DNA of 64,000 nucleotides from the IMG/VR virus record IMGVR_UViG_3300045988_159911. The stretch is one strand, 5' to 3'. Origin of the DNA: a virus. Made by a program: the position numbers and the translations under genes. The notes under the pieces are model-generated. The model searched no databases. It was not told the origin of the DNA and saw only the letters and a program-made list of their open reading frames with translations. Positions 47,017 to 55,838 of this stretch are shown here, in pieces (position 1 is the first letter of the stretch; each line of letters opens with the position of its first letter).

Positions 47017-48510
47017 TTAGTGCTTGTCAGCAATCGCGCCGCCCAGCATACCGGACAGCACGGCCATCAGATCCAGGCCGGTTGCATCCTTGAAACCATC
47101 CTGAACCTGCTTCATGCCGGTGGTAACGGCGCCGGTCAGAGTGGAAGTACCACCCTCGTAGATGGTCATGTTGTCGATACCCTCCATAGGCTTAGCAACG
47201 GCAGCGGCAATCTCAGGCATGGTCTTGACATACTCCATTGCCACATCCAGAACCATCTGCTGCTTAGCAGCGTCGCCGTATTCCTTCATAGCTTCTGCCT
47301 TCTTCAGAATGCCTGCAGCCTCAGCCTCTGCCTTAGCCTGAATGGCCTCGGCTTCAGCACGACCCTTGGCAGCGATACCGGCAGCTTCGTTTTCCATTGC
47401 CACACGAGCAGCTTCGGAACGAGCCTTTTCAGCAGCAGCTCTCTGCTCTGCCTCAAACAGCTCTGCAGCAGCCTGCTTCTGACGCTCGAACAGCTCAGCC
47501 TCAGAAGACTTCTGAACCTCATACAGCTTTGCATCAGCTTCCTGCTGTGCAGCGTACTTATCGGCCTCAGCCTTCTTCTTGATCTCTGCATCCAAAGAAC
47601 GCTCACGGATAGCAACCTCGCGCTCCTTCAGTTCGATTTCCTTTTCCAGACGAGCCAGGTTGGCTTCGGCTGTCTTGGTTTCGATGGATGCACGCTGCTC
47701 CTGCTCCTGAATTGCATAGGCAGCATCTGCTTCTGCTCGCTTGGCGTCCTCAATCTTCTTCAGCTCAGCCATCTGAATGGCAAGCTCGTTCTGACGCTTA
47801 GCAATCTCCTGATCGGACTTAACCTGAGCCTCGTTGGCAGCCATAGCAGCCTGAGCCTGAGCAATAGCAATCTCCTTCTCTGCCTGAGCCTTGGAAATTG
47901 CGGCGTCCTTGGAAATCTGAACAGTGTTCTCCAGACCGAGGTTGTCGATCACGCCGTTGCGATCCTTGAAGTTCTGAATGTTAAAGGTAGTCAGCTCCAG
48001 ACCCATATCGTTCAGGTTGGGAGTAACATTCTCAATGATACGCTCGGCAAAAATCTTCTTGTCACCCTGGATCAGTTCCTTCAGAGTGGTCTGAGAAATG
48101 ATCTCACGAATATTACCCTCCAGAACAGGAGTAATGATTTCGCGAATCTGATTGGGATTATAGCCAAGGAATTTAGAGGCTGCGACCTTCAGCATATCAG
48201 GATCTTTAGCGATGGACACATTGGCTACTGCGTCAACCATAATGTTGATAGCATCCTTGGTGGGGATCTCATCGCGAGAAGTGAAGTCAGACTGAATGTT
48301 TTCCAGAGACATATAGTCGACACGCTGGATGATAGGAATAACCAGTGCGCCCTGACCGATAATTGTTCTTGCACCACGGGGGCCGGTGATGACCATTGCC
48401 ACATTGGGAGGTGCTTTCTTATACATAACCTTGCCAATGAAGATCAGAAGAATGATTGCGACAAGGATGCCGACACCGGCGGTTGCGTAAGGCAAAATCA
48501 TTTCGAGCAT
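47017..48510 (-). CDS. Flotillin/SPFH (band 7) family protein, FloT/YuaG-like
   Basis: N-terminal transmembrane anchor, SPFH domain (VMVITGPRGARTIIGQGALVIPIIQRVDYMSLENIQ) and a long EA-rich coiled coil (AEAEAIQAKAEAEAAGILKKAEA). Confidence 0.65.
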   Translation of the reverse strand: MLEMILPYATAGVGILVAIILLIFIGKVMYKKAPPNVAMVITGPRGARTIIGQGALVIPIIQRVDYMSLENIQSDFTSRDEIPTKDAINIMVDAVANVSIAKDPDMLKVAASKFLGYNPNQIREIITPVLEGNIREIISQTTLKELIQGDKKIFAERIIENVTPNLNDMGLELTTFNIQNFKDRNGVIDNLGLENTVQISKDAAISKAQAEKEIAIAQAQAAMAANEAQVKSDQEIAKRQNELAIQMAELKKIEDAKRAEADAAYAIQEQEQRASIETKTAEANLARLEKEIELKEREVAIRERSLDAEIKKKAEADKYAAQQEADAKLYEVQKSSEAELFERQKQAAAELFEAEQRAAAEKARSEAARVAMENEAAGIAAKGRAEAEAIQAKAEAEAAGILKKAEAMKEYGDAAKQQMVLDVAMEYVKTMPEIAAAVAKPMEGIDNMTIYEGGTSTLTGAVTTGMKQVQDGFKDATGLDLMAVLSGMLGGAIADKH

Positions 48511-48553
48511 TAAGTTTTCTCCTTTATATTCTTGTGATTGGTGACTACGGATT

Positions 48554-48967
48554 TCACTTCTTTACTACCACATCGTTCTCACCCCTTCCAAGTACGCGAG
48601 GGTAATAGACCCTGTTCTCCATCTTCTCTTCGGCTTTTCTCGTTTTGCCGAGAACCTCTTTGAGAAGATTGACTAACTGCCGACCCTTGTCTGTATTTAG
48701 ATACTGAACCAATGGTTCAAGAATCATCGTGGTGTCCTTATGTTCGCGCCGCTCCTGCCGGCACTTTGCAAGTTGCGTTGCGATTTTTGCTCGCTCCTCG
48801 TATTTCAATCCGTCAAGTTCCAGGCTGTGCAGATAATCCTGTGTGAGCTTGTCCATCTCAACGATCTTATCGCTATTCCATTGGTAGTCCTTGATGGCTT
48901 CATCAAACATTCTGCAGACGCTGCTGATGTTTTCGGAGAATGATGGGTTTTGCTTCTGCTTTTTCAT
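48554..48967 (-). CDS. Hypothetical protein
   Basis: 137-aa ORF. Confidence 0.35.
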   Translation of the reverse strand: MKKQKQNPSFSENISSVCRMFDEAIKDYQWNSDKIVEMDKLTQDYLHSLELDGLKYEERAKIATQLAKCRQERREHKDTTMILEPLVQYLNTDKGRQLVNLLKEVLGKTRKAEEKMENRVYYPRVLGRGENDVVVKK

Positions 48968-48969
48968 AC

Positions 48970-49653
48970 CTACACACCTCCGAGCGGGAGAACCCTACGA
49001 TAAAGAGCTGTGTGTCTATCATCAATGTCTAAGTCGACATGATAGTGACCAAAATACCAATGCTTAAACCTGCAATTTTCCTCTACAAACTGCAGAAAAC
49101 TGGTGACCGCGTCGTTCTCATACCAACTTGCAATTTTGGCCTGTATGCTTTTGGATGCACAATGCGTAACTATGTAATCAACACACCAGTTGTGCTTTTC
49201 GAGCGTTTCAACAGCGTGTTCGAACTCTGCTTTGCTCGGGATTTCTTCTTCCCACCAAGATATATTTGGCTTTCTCAAATGCTTGTCATGAGATGATGCC
49301 CCGCCCATGCAGAACACCTTAGCTCCATCAATTTCAAACACCTCGCCACGCATCAAATGAAACAAGCTTGGCTGAATTTGGTGAACTGACCCGCCATACT
49401 GATTTACAATGGGGAACTCTGCGAGCATTCGGTGGTTTTCATGGTTGCCATCCACAAAAAGAGTGGTGAATGATTTTTCTTCGTACCACTTCTGCCAGTA
49501 TCGGTCACATTTCGACCCGTCCCAAACACAACCAAAATCCCCGCATACAATTAGGGAATCGTTTTTGCTCATGGACTTTTGTTGAGGGAAGTTTCTCATT
49601 GCAAGCTTATGAATGTCGATATCTCCATGAGTATCGCCAGTGATATAAACCAT
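48970..49653 (-). CDS. Calcineurin-like metallophosphoesterase
   Basis: MVYITGDTHGD...VCGDFGCVWDG...VDGNHENH metallophosphatase motifs. Confidence 0.7.
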   Translation of the reverse strand: MVYITGDTHGDIDIHKLAMRNFPQQKSMSKNDSLIVCGDFGCVWDGSKCDRYWQKWYEEKSFTTLFVDGNHENHRMLAEFPIVNQYGGSVHQIQPSLFHLMRGEVFEIDGAKVFCMGGASSHDKHLRKPNISWWEEEIPSKAEFEHAVETLEKHNWCVDYIVTHCASKSIQAKIASWYENDAVTSFLQFVEENCRFKHWYFGHYHVDLDIDDRHTALYRRVLPLGGV

Positions 49654-49677
49654 CCGTTCACCCCTTTCCTTTTCGTT

Positions 49678-50010
49678 TCATCTGTAATCTACAAGTACAC
49701 CCGTCTTCTTGAGGAAGCTCTGGAGGGACTCCTCGTCGAGAGCTGAGGCTTCGTGAACCGTGAGTTCGGGATTTCGCATCGGGTCGGTGAGCGAGAAAAC
49801 CCTTGTAGTTACAGGGGTTTTCGAGTGTTTCCGAGTGAGGAAATTTATTTATTTCCTGACCCTGCGAGCAGTGTCATCTCTTGCGCCGGGCGGATTCGCT
49901 GGAGGCGCCTGCCGCAGCGGCGTGCCCCTGGTATTTCCCCCCGGCCATTCGTAACTCCGATTTACAATACGGAGCATTAACTGAAACAGTTAATAATGCA
50001 TTACAGATGA
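49678..50010 (-). repeat. Inverted-repeat-bounded structured intergenic element, copy 1 (about 333 nt)
   Basis: Perfect 11-bp terminal inverted repeats: tcatctgtaat at 49678-49688 and attacagatga at 50000-50010. Contains the GGTATTTCC...CCATTCGTAAC-hairpin-...ATGCATTACA module. Confidence 0.55.
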
Positions 50011-50022
50011 TATTTTCTGGAT

Positions 50023-50577
50023 TTATCTCCAGTGAATTAGATACAAACTGTATTCCTCAGACTCAAGATCCTCGGCGAGTCTGAAGCCGATTGCTTCATA
50101 CTGTGCCCAAATCGCAGACCAGTCGATATAGTCCGTGATTTCGTCTTTGCTGATAAAGTCGAGGATTTCCTTGGTGATACCTGTGTCGAAAGGAACGCCA
50201 AGTTCGGTAGCTATGTAACAGGCGGCGAGTTCTTCGTTACCCATTTTCCAAGTGACCTCGGAAAGATCTTCAAACATGAAGTCATTTTCTTTGATGCGGC
50301 GGACAAATTCTTCGTCTTCAAGTTCTCCATCAACGGCATCCATAATCAGCGCAAGAAGTTCAGCCGTCATACCGGGATTCTCGCTGTTGATGTCGTCAAT
50401 AACTTCATTCAACTCCCAAACATCCATCGTTTGGATACCGGGAATAGACGGCGTACTGTCGATGATGACATACTCGTTTTGGCGATTCAGTTCAGAGCGA
50501 ATATTAGATGGGATCGTGACAGTCTTATCCGCGCAACCGTCATCCCAGTCCTGCAGTTCAAGTTCCAGTTTAATCAT
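50023..50577 (-). CDS. Hypothetical acidic protein
   Basis: 184-aa ORF flanked by the repeat elements. Confidence 0.4.
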   Translation of the reverse strand: MIKLELELQDWDDGCADKTVTIPSNIRSELNRQNEYVIIDSTPSIPGIQTMDVWELNEVIDDINSENPGMTAELLALIMDAVDGELEDEEFVRRIKENDFMFEDLSEVTWKMGNEELAACYIATELGVPFDTGITKEILDFISKDEITDYIDWSAIWAQYEAIGFRLAEDLESEEYSLYLIHWR

Positions 50578-50606
50578 TTGCCATCACCTCTTATTGTTTT
50601 GTTTGG

Positions 50607-50949
50607 TTTCTTTGTAATCATTACATATATATCCTGATTCCCTTCAGTGCGATCATCGCTGGGATGCCAATCCCAGTTCTGTCGTCATCTGATGTGATTT
50701 GGACTTCTTGCAGTTGGGAAACCACCTAATTCCGAGGTCTTAATTGGTGTTTTGCACGGAATTATTTATTTAGTCTTGGTTCAACCGCCGGAGACTGGGT
50801 GCCTCTTGAGGTGTTAACGCGTTGACGGCCGGCGGAGCTGCGGGCGTCACCAGTGGTGGGCTATGTATTTCCTCCCGACCATTCGTTACTTTGATTGACA
50901 ATACAAAGTGCTACTTGCCAAAGACAAACAGCTATGCATTACAAAGAAA
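50607..50949 (-). repeat. Inverted-repeat-bounded structured intergenic element, copy 2 (about 343 nt)
   Basis: Perfect 12-bp inverted repeats: tttctttgtaat at 50607-50618 and attacaaagaaa at 50938-50949. Both arms carry the same substitution (CTTTG instead of ATCTG), so they have covaried. Confidence 0.55.
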
Positions 50950-50955
50950 TTTGGT

Positions 50956-51150
50956 TTAGAATATTGCTTGTTCGTACTGTGCTTGGGTTATTTCGCCGTT
51001 CTTGCAAAGAGCGTCAATCCAGCACGACCACTCAAACTGAACCTTACAGTAGTCGTCCTGACGCGCTCTCAGGTAGGCTTTATAGTCACCGCCGAACGCT
51101 TCGTCGATGAATCTTCTTCTCAGGGTTTTTCGTCTTTGGCGTCTATACAT
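50956..51150 (-). CDS. Hypothetical small protein
   Basis: 64-aa ORF. Confidence 0.3.
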   Translation of the reverse strand: MYRRQRRKTLRRRFIDEAFGGDYKAYLRARQDDYCKVQFEWSCWIDALCKNGEITQAQYEQAIF

Positions 51151-51839
51151 TATCCGTTGTCAACCTCCTCGGCAAAGAAAGTTTCGTTCATATATGCCAG
51201 AACACGGTCGGCATATCCACTCGTGCCCGGGCTACCAGTGTTATAGCAGGTAAGGGCAGACTCGACCGACCCGTACTTTTCTATCAATTCGGCAAGCAAA
51301 TCGCATCCGACTCTGAAGTTTGAAAGAGGATCGGAAAGGTCTGTCACACCAAGCCGCTCCATTCTTTCCTGGTGCCAACGAGGCTGAACCTGCATATACC
51401 CGATGCTGTTTCCATTGTCGCCATTTACATTCCTGTATGTGGACTCACGGAAAATAACCGCCAAAGCAAGCTCATAAGGGCAGCCTGTTTCTTCACAAGC
51501 TGCCCATACAAGTTTCTGCAATTCATATTCAAGGGAAATATTTTCGTAGTATCGAAATGTCTCTTCCGGTTCCGGTTCTGGGGTGGGCTCTGAAACTAAC
51601 ATGGTTTCGCGTGGAATATACACCGGTGGAACAACCATCGGTTCAAGTTTTAATGGAATAGTTTCGTATGTATCGCTGATAGCAGGAGTTGGGATTTCCG
51701 GCTCAGCATCTGCAGCCGGATTTGAAAGGCCACATAAAACCACGGTTACGAATGCCAGAAAAAGCAGCATTGCGATGATATGCGGAAACCGTCTGTGAGA
51801 ACGGCGCCGTCTTCGTCTTTTCTGATACAAGGGTAACAC
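51150..51839 (-). CDS. Lytic transglycosylase (SLT domain) with an N-terminal membrane anchor
   Basis: AVIFRESTYRN...SIGYMQV SLT catalytic motif; N-terminal transmembrane helix. Confidence 0.6.
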   Translation of the reverse strand: MLPLYQKRRRRRRSHRRFPHIIAMLLFLAFVTVVLCGLSNPAADAEPEIPTPAISDTYETIPLKLEPMVVPPVYIPRETMLVSEPTPEPEPEETFRYYENISLEYELQKLVWAACEETGCPYELALAVIFRESTYRNVNGDNGNSIGYMQVQPRWHQERMERLGVTDLSDPLSNFRVGCDLLAELIEKYGSVESALTCYNTGSPGTSGYADRVLAYMNETFFAEEVDNG

Positions 51840-51864
51840 TCCTCTCTTGTGACCGATGCTGAAA

Positions 51865-53010
51865 CTACTGGTTGAGATCCTCGCTCATGCTTTTCATAAC
51901 ATCGGTGTGGAACTTCTCATTGTTGTACTTGATTACGCTATCTACATACTCTTTTTCGACCATGCTGTAATAGTTGACCAAACCACGCAGAACCTGTACA
52001 TCGTGCAGATCCCAATGGCGACCATTCTGCCGGTCGAGAATGTAGTTGCAAATCATTGCCCGCAAGCGCTGTTTGTTCTTATAACCAATGGTGATCTCAT
52101 TATCCTTATTGAGCATCACACCGAGGTTCCAATTACTTCCAGCGCGTGAGCCATAGCGCGTCTTTTCGTCTTTGATCTTAAAAGGAGCACCAAACTCTGC
52201 GAGGGTAGAATTGATAAAGCCGATGATTTCATCCTTATCAAAACCCTTACGGCTTGAAAAGAGAGAGTCATCGGCATATCTGGTATATACATAATGATTT
52301 CCATTGAAGTCGCGCAGGCAATTGTTGATACGATGGTCAATGGGAATCATCATCAGATTCGTGAGCATAGGGGAAATAGGTGTTCCCTGCGGGAGACCAC
52401 CGTTCAGGAAACACAGATCCAACGCTTTTTCCAAAGCATCAAATCCGCGCTGAGATTTTACGATCTCGCTAAATGGAAATACTTTGGAAAGCATAGACAT
52501 CAGGAACTTCGGAGTTGTGCTGCCAAAGAAGTCAGAGAAGTCGGTCTTGAGGAACCAATGACTCTCATTCTTCTGATGACGCTTTACCGCGTCGATGGTA
52601 GATCTTCCGGGAACATAAGCAAATGCGCTGGTATGATACAGCGCAAACATCTGGGTTTCAAAAATCGTTTTCAGATTTCTGAGCGCATTCATCAGCGCTG
52701 GCTGCGGCGCATTGATCTCACGCAAGCCACCGGACTTCTTAGGGATATAGAACTTATCGTAGAGGTCGCTGCGCTTTGCCTCGTAAAGTTTAGCGTTCTG
52801 CTTGCAAAACTCTTCCAAGGTTACGACCATTGCATCAATATCAAAACGCTCAAGGAACTTGGGGTTCAGAACTTTGGAAAAGTAAGTTCTTGTGTTGGTC
52901 TCATTGGGGTTGACCATGTTGGCGAGATTGACATTCCCCGAAATAATTTCATCAAATGTGATCTGATGGAAAATCGGAGACTGCATCAGCGTAATGTAAG
53001 GCACTTCCAA
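51865..53010 (-). CDS. Reverse transcriptase, retron/DRT-like (not DGR-type)
   Basis: RT motifs IPKKSGGLREINAP, LKTDFSDFFGS, GLPQGTPISPMLTNL (QGxxxSP) and YTRYADDSLFS (YADD). The ORF begins at a TTG; a GTG at codon 3 sits 7 nt after RBS GGAGG. Confidence 0.8.
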   Translation of the reverse strand: MEVPYITLMQSPIFHQITFDEIISGNVNLANMVNPNETNTRTYFSKVLNPKFLERFDIDAMVVTLEEFCKQNAKLYEAKRSDLYDKFYIPKKSGGLREINAPQPALMNALRNLKTIFETQMFALYHTSAFAYVPGRSTIDAVKRHQKNESHWFLKTDFSDFFGSTTPKFLMSMLSKVFPFSEIVKSQRGFDALEKALDLCFLNGGLPQGTPISPMLTNLMMIPIDHRINNCLRDFNGNHYVYTRYADDSLFSSRKGFDKDEIIGFINSTLAEFGAPFKIKDEKTRYGSRAGSNWNLGVMLNKDNEITIGYKNKQRLRAMICNYILDRQNGRHWDLHDVQVLRGLVNYYSMVEKEYVDSVIKYNNEKFHTDVMKSMSEDLNQ

Positions 53011-53031
53011 ACCTCCTTTTTCATTATTCGT

Positions 53032-53358
53032 ATCTGTAATCTACATACTCTGTGATGAGATGACCAGATCAGCTCAGGATACTCGTAGATCTTCAGATTC
53101 CTGGATTCGGACATCTGATGGCTATGAAGTAACGGTGAACTCCTGGTTGTGCAGGTAATGAGTCTTGGATTTCCTGTGGTTCCTTAAAGTTTTCTTCAGG
53201 AGACACTGATGAAACTCTTGACTTTTGCTGTATAACCTGCGATGCTGCGACCGAGTCGCTGCAGCGTTTCTGGGTAGCCGGGTATTTCCCGTCCACCATT
53301 CGTAACTTTGATTTACAATACAAAGCACTTCCTATTCGGGAAGTAATGCATTACAGAT
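53032..53358 (-). repeat. Inverted-repeat-bounded structured intergenic element, copy 3 (about 327 nt), directly upstream of the reverse transcriptase; candidate msr/msd-like ncRNA locus
   Basis: 9-bp inverted repeats: atctgtaat at 53032-53040 and attacagat at 53350-53358. Shares the conserved module and hairpin with copies 1 and 2. Confidence 0.5.
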
Positions 53359-53363
53359 CTCGT

Positions 53364-54245
53364 TTACATCTTTTTCAGAATCGCAAAGAACTCCTCTTCA
53401 TCAATCTCGATGATCTCCTGTGGAGCACTGAGAACCTCATAGTACCCATCGCCGTCAGGCTCATCTGAGATTAGGATTTCAGGATTGAGTTTCAAAGCTG
53501 GGCGCACCCCCACACAATCGCCGCAAGCATAGGCATCGCTGAAATCGCCATCGCGATTAACGCAACGCACATTGTACGAGTCGCCAGAGTTCGGGGAGCG
53601 CAGGTAGTAGTACCACTCCTCGTCTTCATATTCGGGCTTGTCATTATTGGGAGTATTGGCGTACAGTTCGGGAGAGAACAGGCAAGCTCTGTTTGCACCG
53701 TCCGCAAACAAATCCCAAACCTCGCCCTCCTGAATGCGGTTTTCAGTTCCACCGCCCACATTGGTTCTGGAGGGCATGAAAACCTTAGCATAAATGGTTT
53801 CATACTTTTCGCCACCAGTAGGAATATCCTTGGTAGGCAGCGCCGTTTTGATCTCGGACTCCTCAATGGCTTCGACTTCCCACTCCTCAAAGTAGTGCAG
53901 GAAACCAGGCTTTTGAACATAACCGTAGCGACCATTGTACATCAGGCGATCTTCAGGAGCCGTGTCGTGTTCGTGTGTCGGACGGAACCAGTCGGTGCCC
54001 TCGGCATTCAGGAACTGATGGCCGTTACTTAAGGAGTAGCGGTTGTTACCGTAACTCCTGCGGTATTCGTCGGGGTTATCGGACTCTTTTGCATCAAATG
54101 CACACTGATCTTCCATAAACTCGGTCAAGATCGTGCCGTCGCGATGAGCCTTTACCCAGCAAATCTTATGCGGCATCTCACCGCTGACGCTATAAGCGCC
54201 GAACTTCAGTTTTGCCCCGATGGGCAGGTCTGCGATAGTAGGCAT
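53364..54245 (-). CDS. Hypothetical protein with a DUF1566-like C-terminus (possible adhesin or receptor-binding domain)
   Basis: C-terminus WYYYLRSPNSGDSYNVRCVNRDGDFSD...GVRPALKL resembles the VRCVR/GVRP signature. Confidence 0.35.
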   Translation of the reverse strand: MPTIADLPIGAKLKFGAYSVSGEMPHKICWVKAHRDGTILTEFMEDQCAFDAKESDNPDEYRRSYGNNRYSLSNGHQFLNAEGTDWFRPTHEHDTAPEDRLMYNGRYGYVQKPGFLHYFEEWEVEAIEESEIKTALPTKDIPTGGEKYETIYAKVFMPSRTNVGGGTENRIQEGEVWDLFADGANRACLFSPELYANTPNNDKPEYEDEEWYYYLRSPNSGDSYNVRCVNRDGDFSDAYACGDCVGVRPALKLNPEILISDEPDGDGYYEVLSAPQEIIEIDEEEFFAILKKM

Positions 54246-54269
54246 AACCGCTACTCCTTTCGTATTTAT

Positions 54270-54947
54270 TTAGAACGCATCAACCGTGTGACCAAAAGCG
54301 TCGATCAAGATCAGCTTACGCAGATCGCCGCCCTTGACAAAATTGATGAAGTTGGAGACTCCGCAAGCAACAATCATTCTGACCGTCGGAACCACGGACA
54401 GAGTGACATTGCAGGCAGAAACAGGAGTCTCTTCCTTAGCCTCCTCGTGAGAGAATGCCATGCTCTTGATGAAATCCTCAACCATCTTCTGGTTGTCCCA
54501 AGCCGCAGCATAGTGCTGGGCGTCAGTCAGTCTCATACGGAAGTCAAACATTCCCTTGACATACTGATTTTCCTTGCACTTGGTGGCAATCTCACGGCGG
54601 AGGTCGATATTATCCACGCAGAGGAAAACATAACCGGAAAGCCGCTGACCTGTCCAACCATCGGGAACCAACTTAAGCTCCTCCGCGCAATCGGGATTGA
54701 TCTCACACAGGTAATCAGCAAGCGCCTCGATCTTCAGCTTGCCGATGTCGGTCTGACGGAACATCTGGTTTGCGATGTTATGCGCCTCAACCTTGTCGAA
54801 ATCGTAAAGAGTAATTTTGGTGATACCGAACCGAACCAGATTTTCTGCGACGGTCGATCCGATTGCACCGCAGCCGATGATATGCACACGAGAGGTCAGC
54901 ATATCAGGCTTGAAAAAGTCGTAAGACTTGGACAAATCCATAGCCAT
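54270..54947 (-). CDS. E1-like enzyme, ThiF/MoeB family
   Basis: VHIIGCGAIGSTVAENLVRFGITKITLYDFDKVEAHNIANQMFRQTDIGKLKIEALADYLCEINPD shows the Rossmann GxGxxG motif and the ThiF signature. Confidence 0.7.
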   Translation of the reverse strand: MAMDLSKSYDFFKPDMLTSRVHIIGCGAIGSTVAENLVRFGITKITLYDFDKVEAHNIANQMFRQTDIGKLKIEALADYLCEINPDCAEELKLVPDGWTGQRLSGYVFLCVDNIDLRREIATKCKENQYVKGMFDFRMRLTDAQHYAAAWDNQKMVEDFIKSMAFSHEEAKEETPVSACNVTLSVVPTVRMIVACGVSNFINFVKGGDLRKLILIDAFGHTVDAF

Positions 54948-54968
54948 TTGGTCAGTCTCCCTTCTTAT

Positions 54969-55838
54969 TTATTTCTGAAAGCGACCATAGTCATAGATGC
55001 CGTACTGATCGTCGTCATCATCGTAGCCGCCATAATTGTATCCTTTGCCGGAACTTCCGATGTCGGGCTTATCCTTCTTGCCTCCCTTGGGCTTACTCTT
55101 GGTCTTGTCGGAACCGGCCTGAGCCTGGAAACCCGTCTGCTGCTTGCCATACTGGTAGCCACCCTGTCCGTACTGGCCTCCGCCGTACTGATAGGTCTTG
55201 GTCTTGACCAGCTCCTTGGCATCCTTGACAAAAGCATCCAAGTCGCAGCCTTCGTCGCCAATGTAGATCTCGACATCGCCAGTTTCATATAGCGTATTGT
55301 TCGCCAGGTCATAGATCTTGATGGTCTTTTCAAACTTCTTGTTCCAAATCATAAAGATGTAGAACATATCATCATCGATCTGGCTTAGGATTTTCTCCTG
55401 ATGAGTGATATCCACCGGGGACGGGCTGGTAGAGTAATTCACATGGGAATGACCCTGCATACGGATGTTGTTAAACACATCATCGTCGAACTCGTACAGC
55501 CAAGTCTGATACGGAATCTGTTCCGTATTGGCTGTGCCGCCAGTAACGATCTGGGGGTAAACCATAATGTCGGTAATATAGAACCGGTTAGGTTCCTTTT
55601 CATCACGGAAAACCACACCGTGCCAAGCAACCTCCGTTTCAAATCCCTGGATAAGCATAACCATCTTGGCGTATGCAACGGGAGAAAAGACAACCTGAGC
55701 CTTTTCGTCGCCCTCCCACTTGAAGTTCTTGGTATAGTTGACTTTTCCGTCAGACATTTTTGCCTTCTTGACGGTCTCGACGAACTCTTTCGTGATCGTA
55801 GCAATCAGCTCGTCGGTAAGCTTAATCGGCTTACTCAT
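54969..55838 (-). CDS. JAB/MPN (JAMM) metalloprotease domain protein with a Gly/Tyr-rich tail
   Basis: E...HSHVNYSTSPSPVD matches the JAMM motif HxHx7Sx2D. C-terminal low-complexity tail YQYGGGQYGQGGYQYG. Confidence 0.6.
   Translation of the reverse strand: MSKPIKLTDELIATITKEFVETVKKAKMSDGKVNYTKNFKWEGDEKAQVVFSPVAYAKMVMLIQGFETEVAWHGVVFRDEKEPNRFYITDIMVYPQIVTGGTANTEQIPYQTWLYEFDDDVFNNIRMQGHSHVNYSTSPSPVDITHQEKILSQIDDDMFYIFMIWNKKFEKTIKIYDLANNTLYETGDVEIYIGDEGCDLDAFVKDAKELVKTKTYQYGGGQYGQGGYQYGKQQTGFQAQAGSDKTKSKPKGGKKDKPDIGSSGKGYNYGGYDDDDDQYGIYDYGRFQK

Noticed and set aside
47020-48513. 497-aa plus-strand ORF exactly antisense to the flotillin gene
   Set aside because: Its translation is low-complexity (runs of L, S, N, G) produced by the GC/GA-rich coiled-coil repeat codons of the minus-strand gene. 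The minus-strand reading gives a coherent SPFH plus coiled-coil protein, so this is a shadow ORF.
51865-54245. Diversity-generating retroelement (DGR: RT plus DUF1566-like target with variable and template repeats)
   Set aside because: The RT has QGxxxSP, not the DGR-type I/LGxxxSQ. I also could not find a template-repeat copy of the 3' end of gene 53364..54245 anywhere near the RT; only an 8-mer coincidence appeared. The DUF1566-like neighbour is therefore treated as an ordinary adhesin-like protein.
54144-55292. 382-aa plus-strand ORF
   Set aside because: It is antisense to the E1-like and JAB genes; the repetitive hydrophobic translation is a shadow of the GY-rich tail codons.
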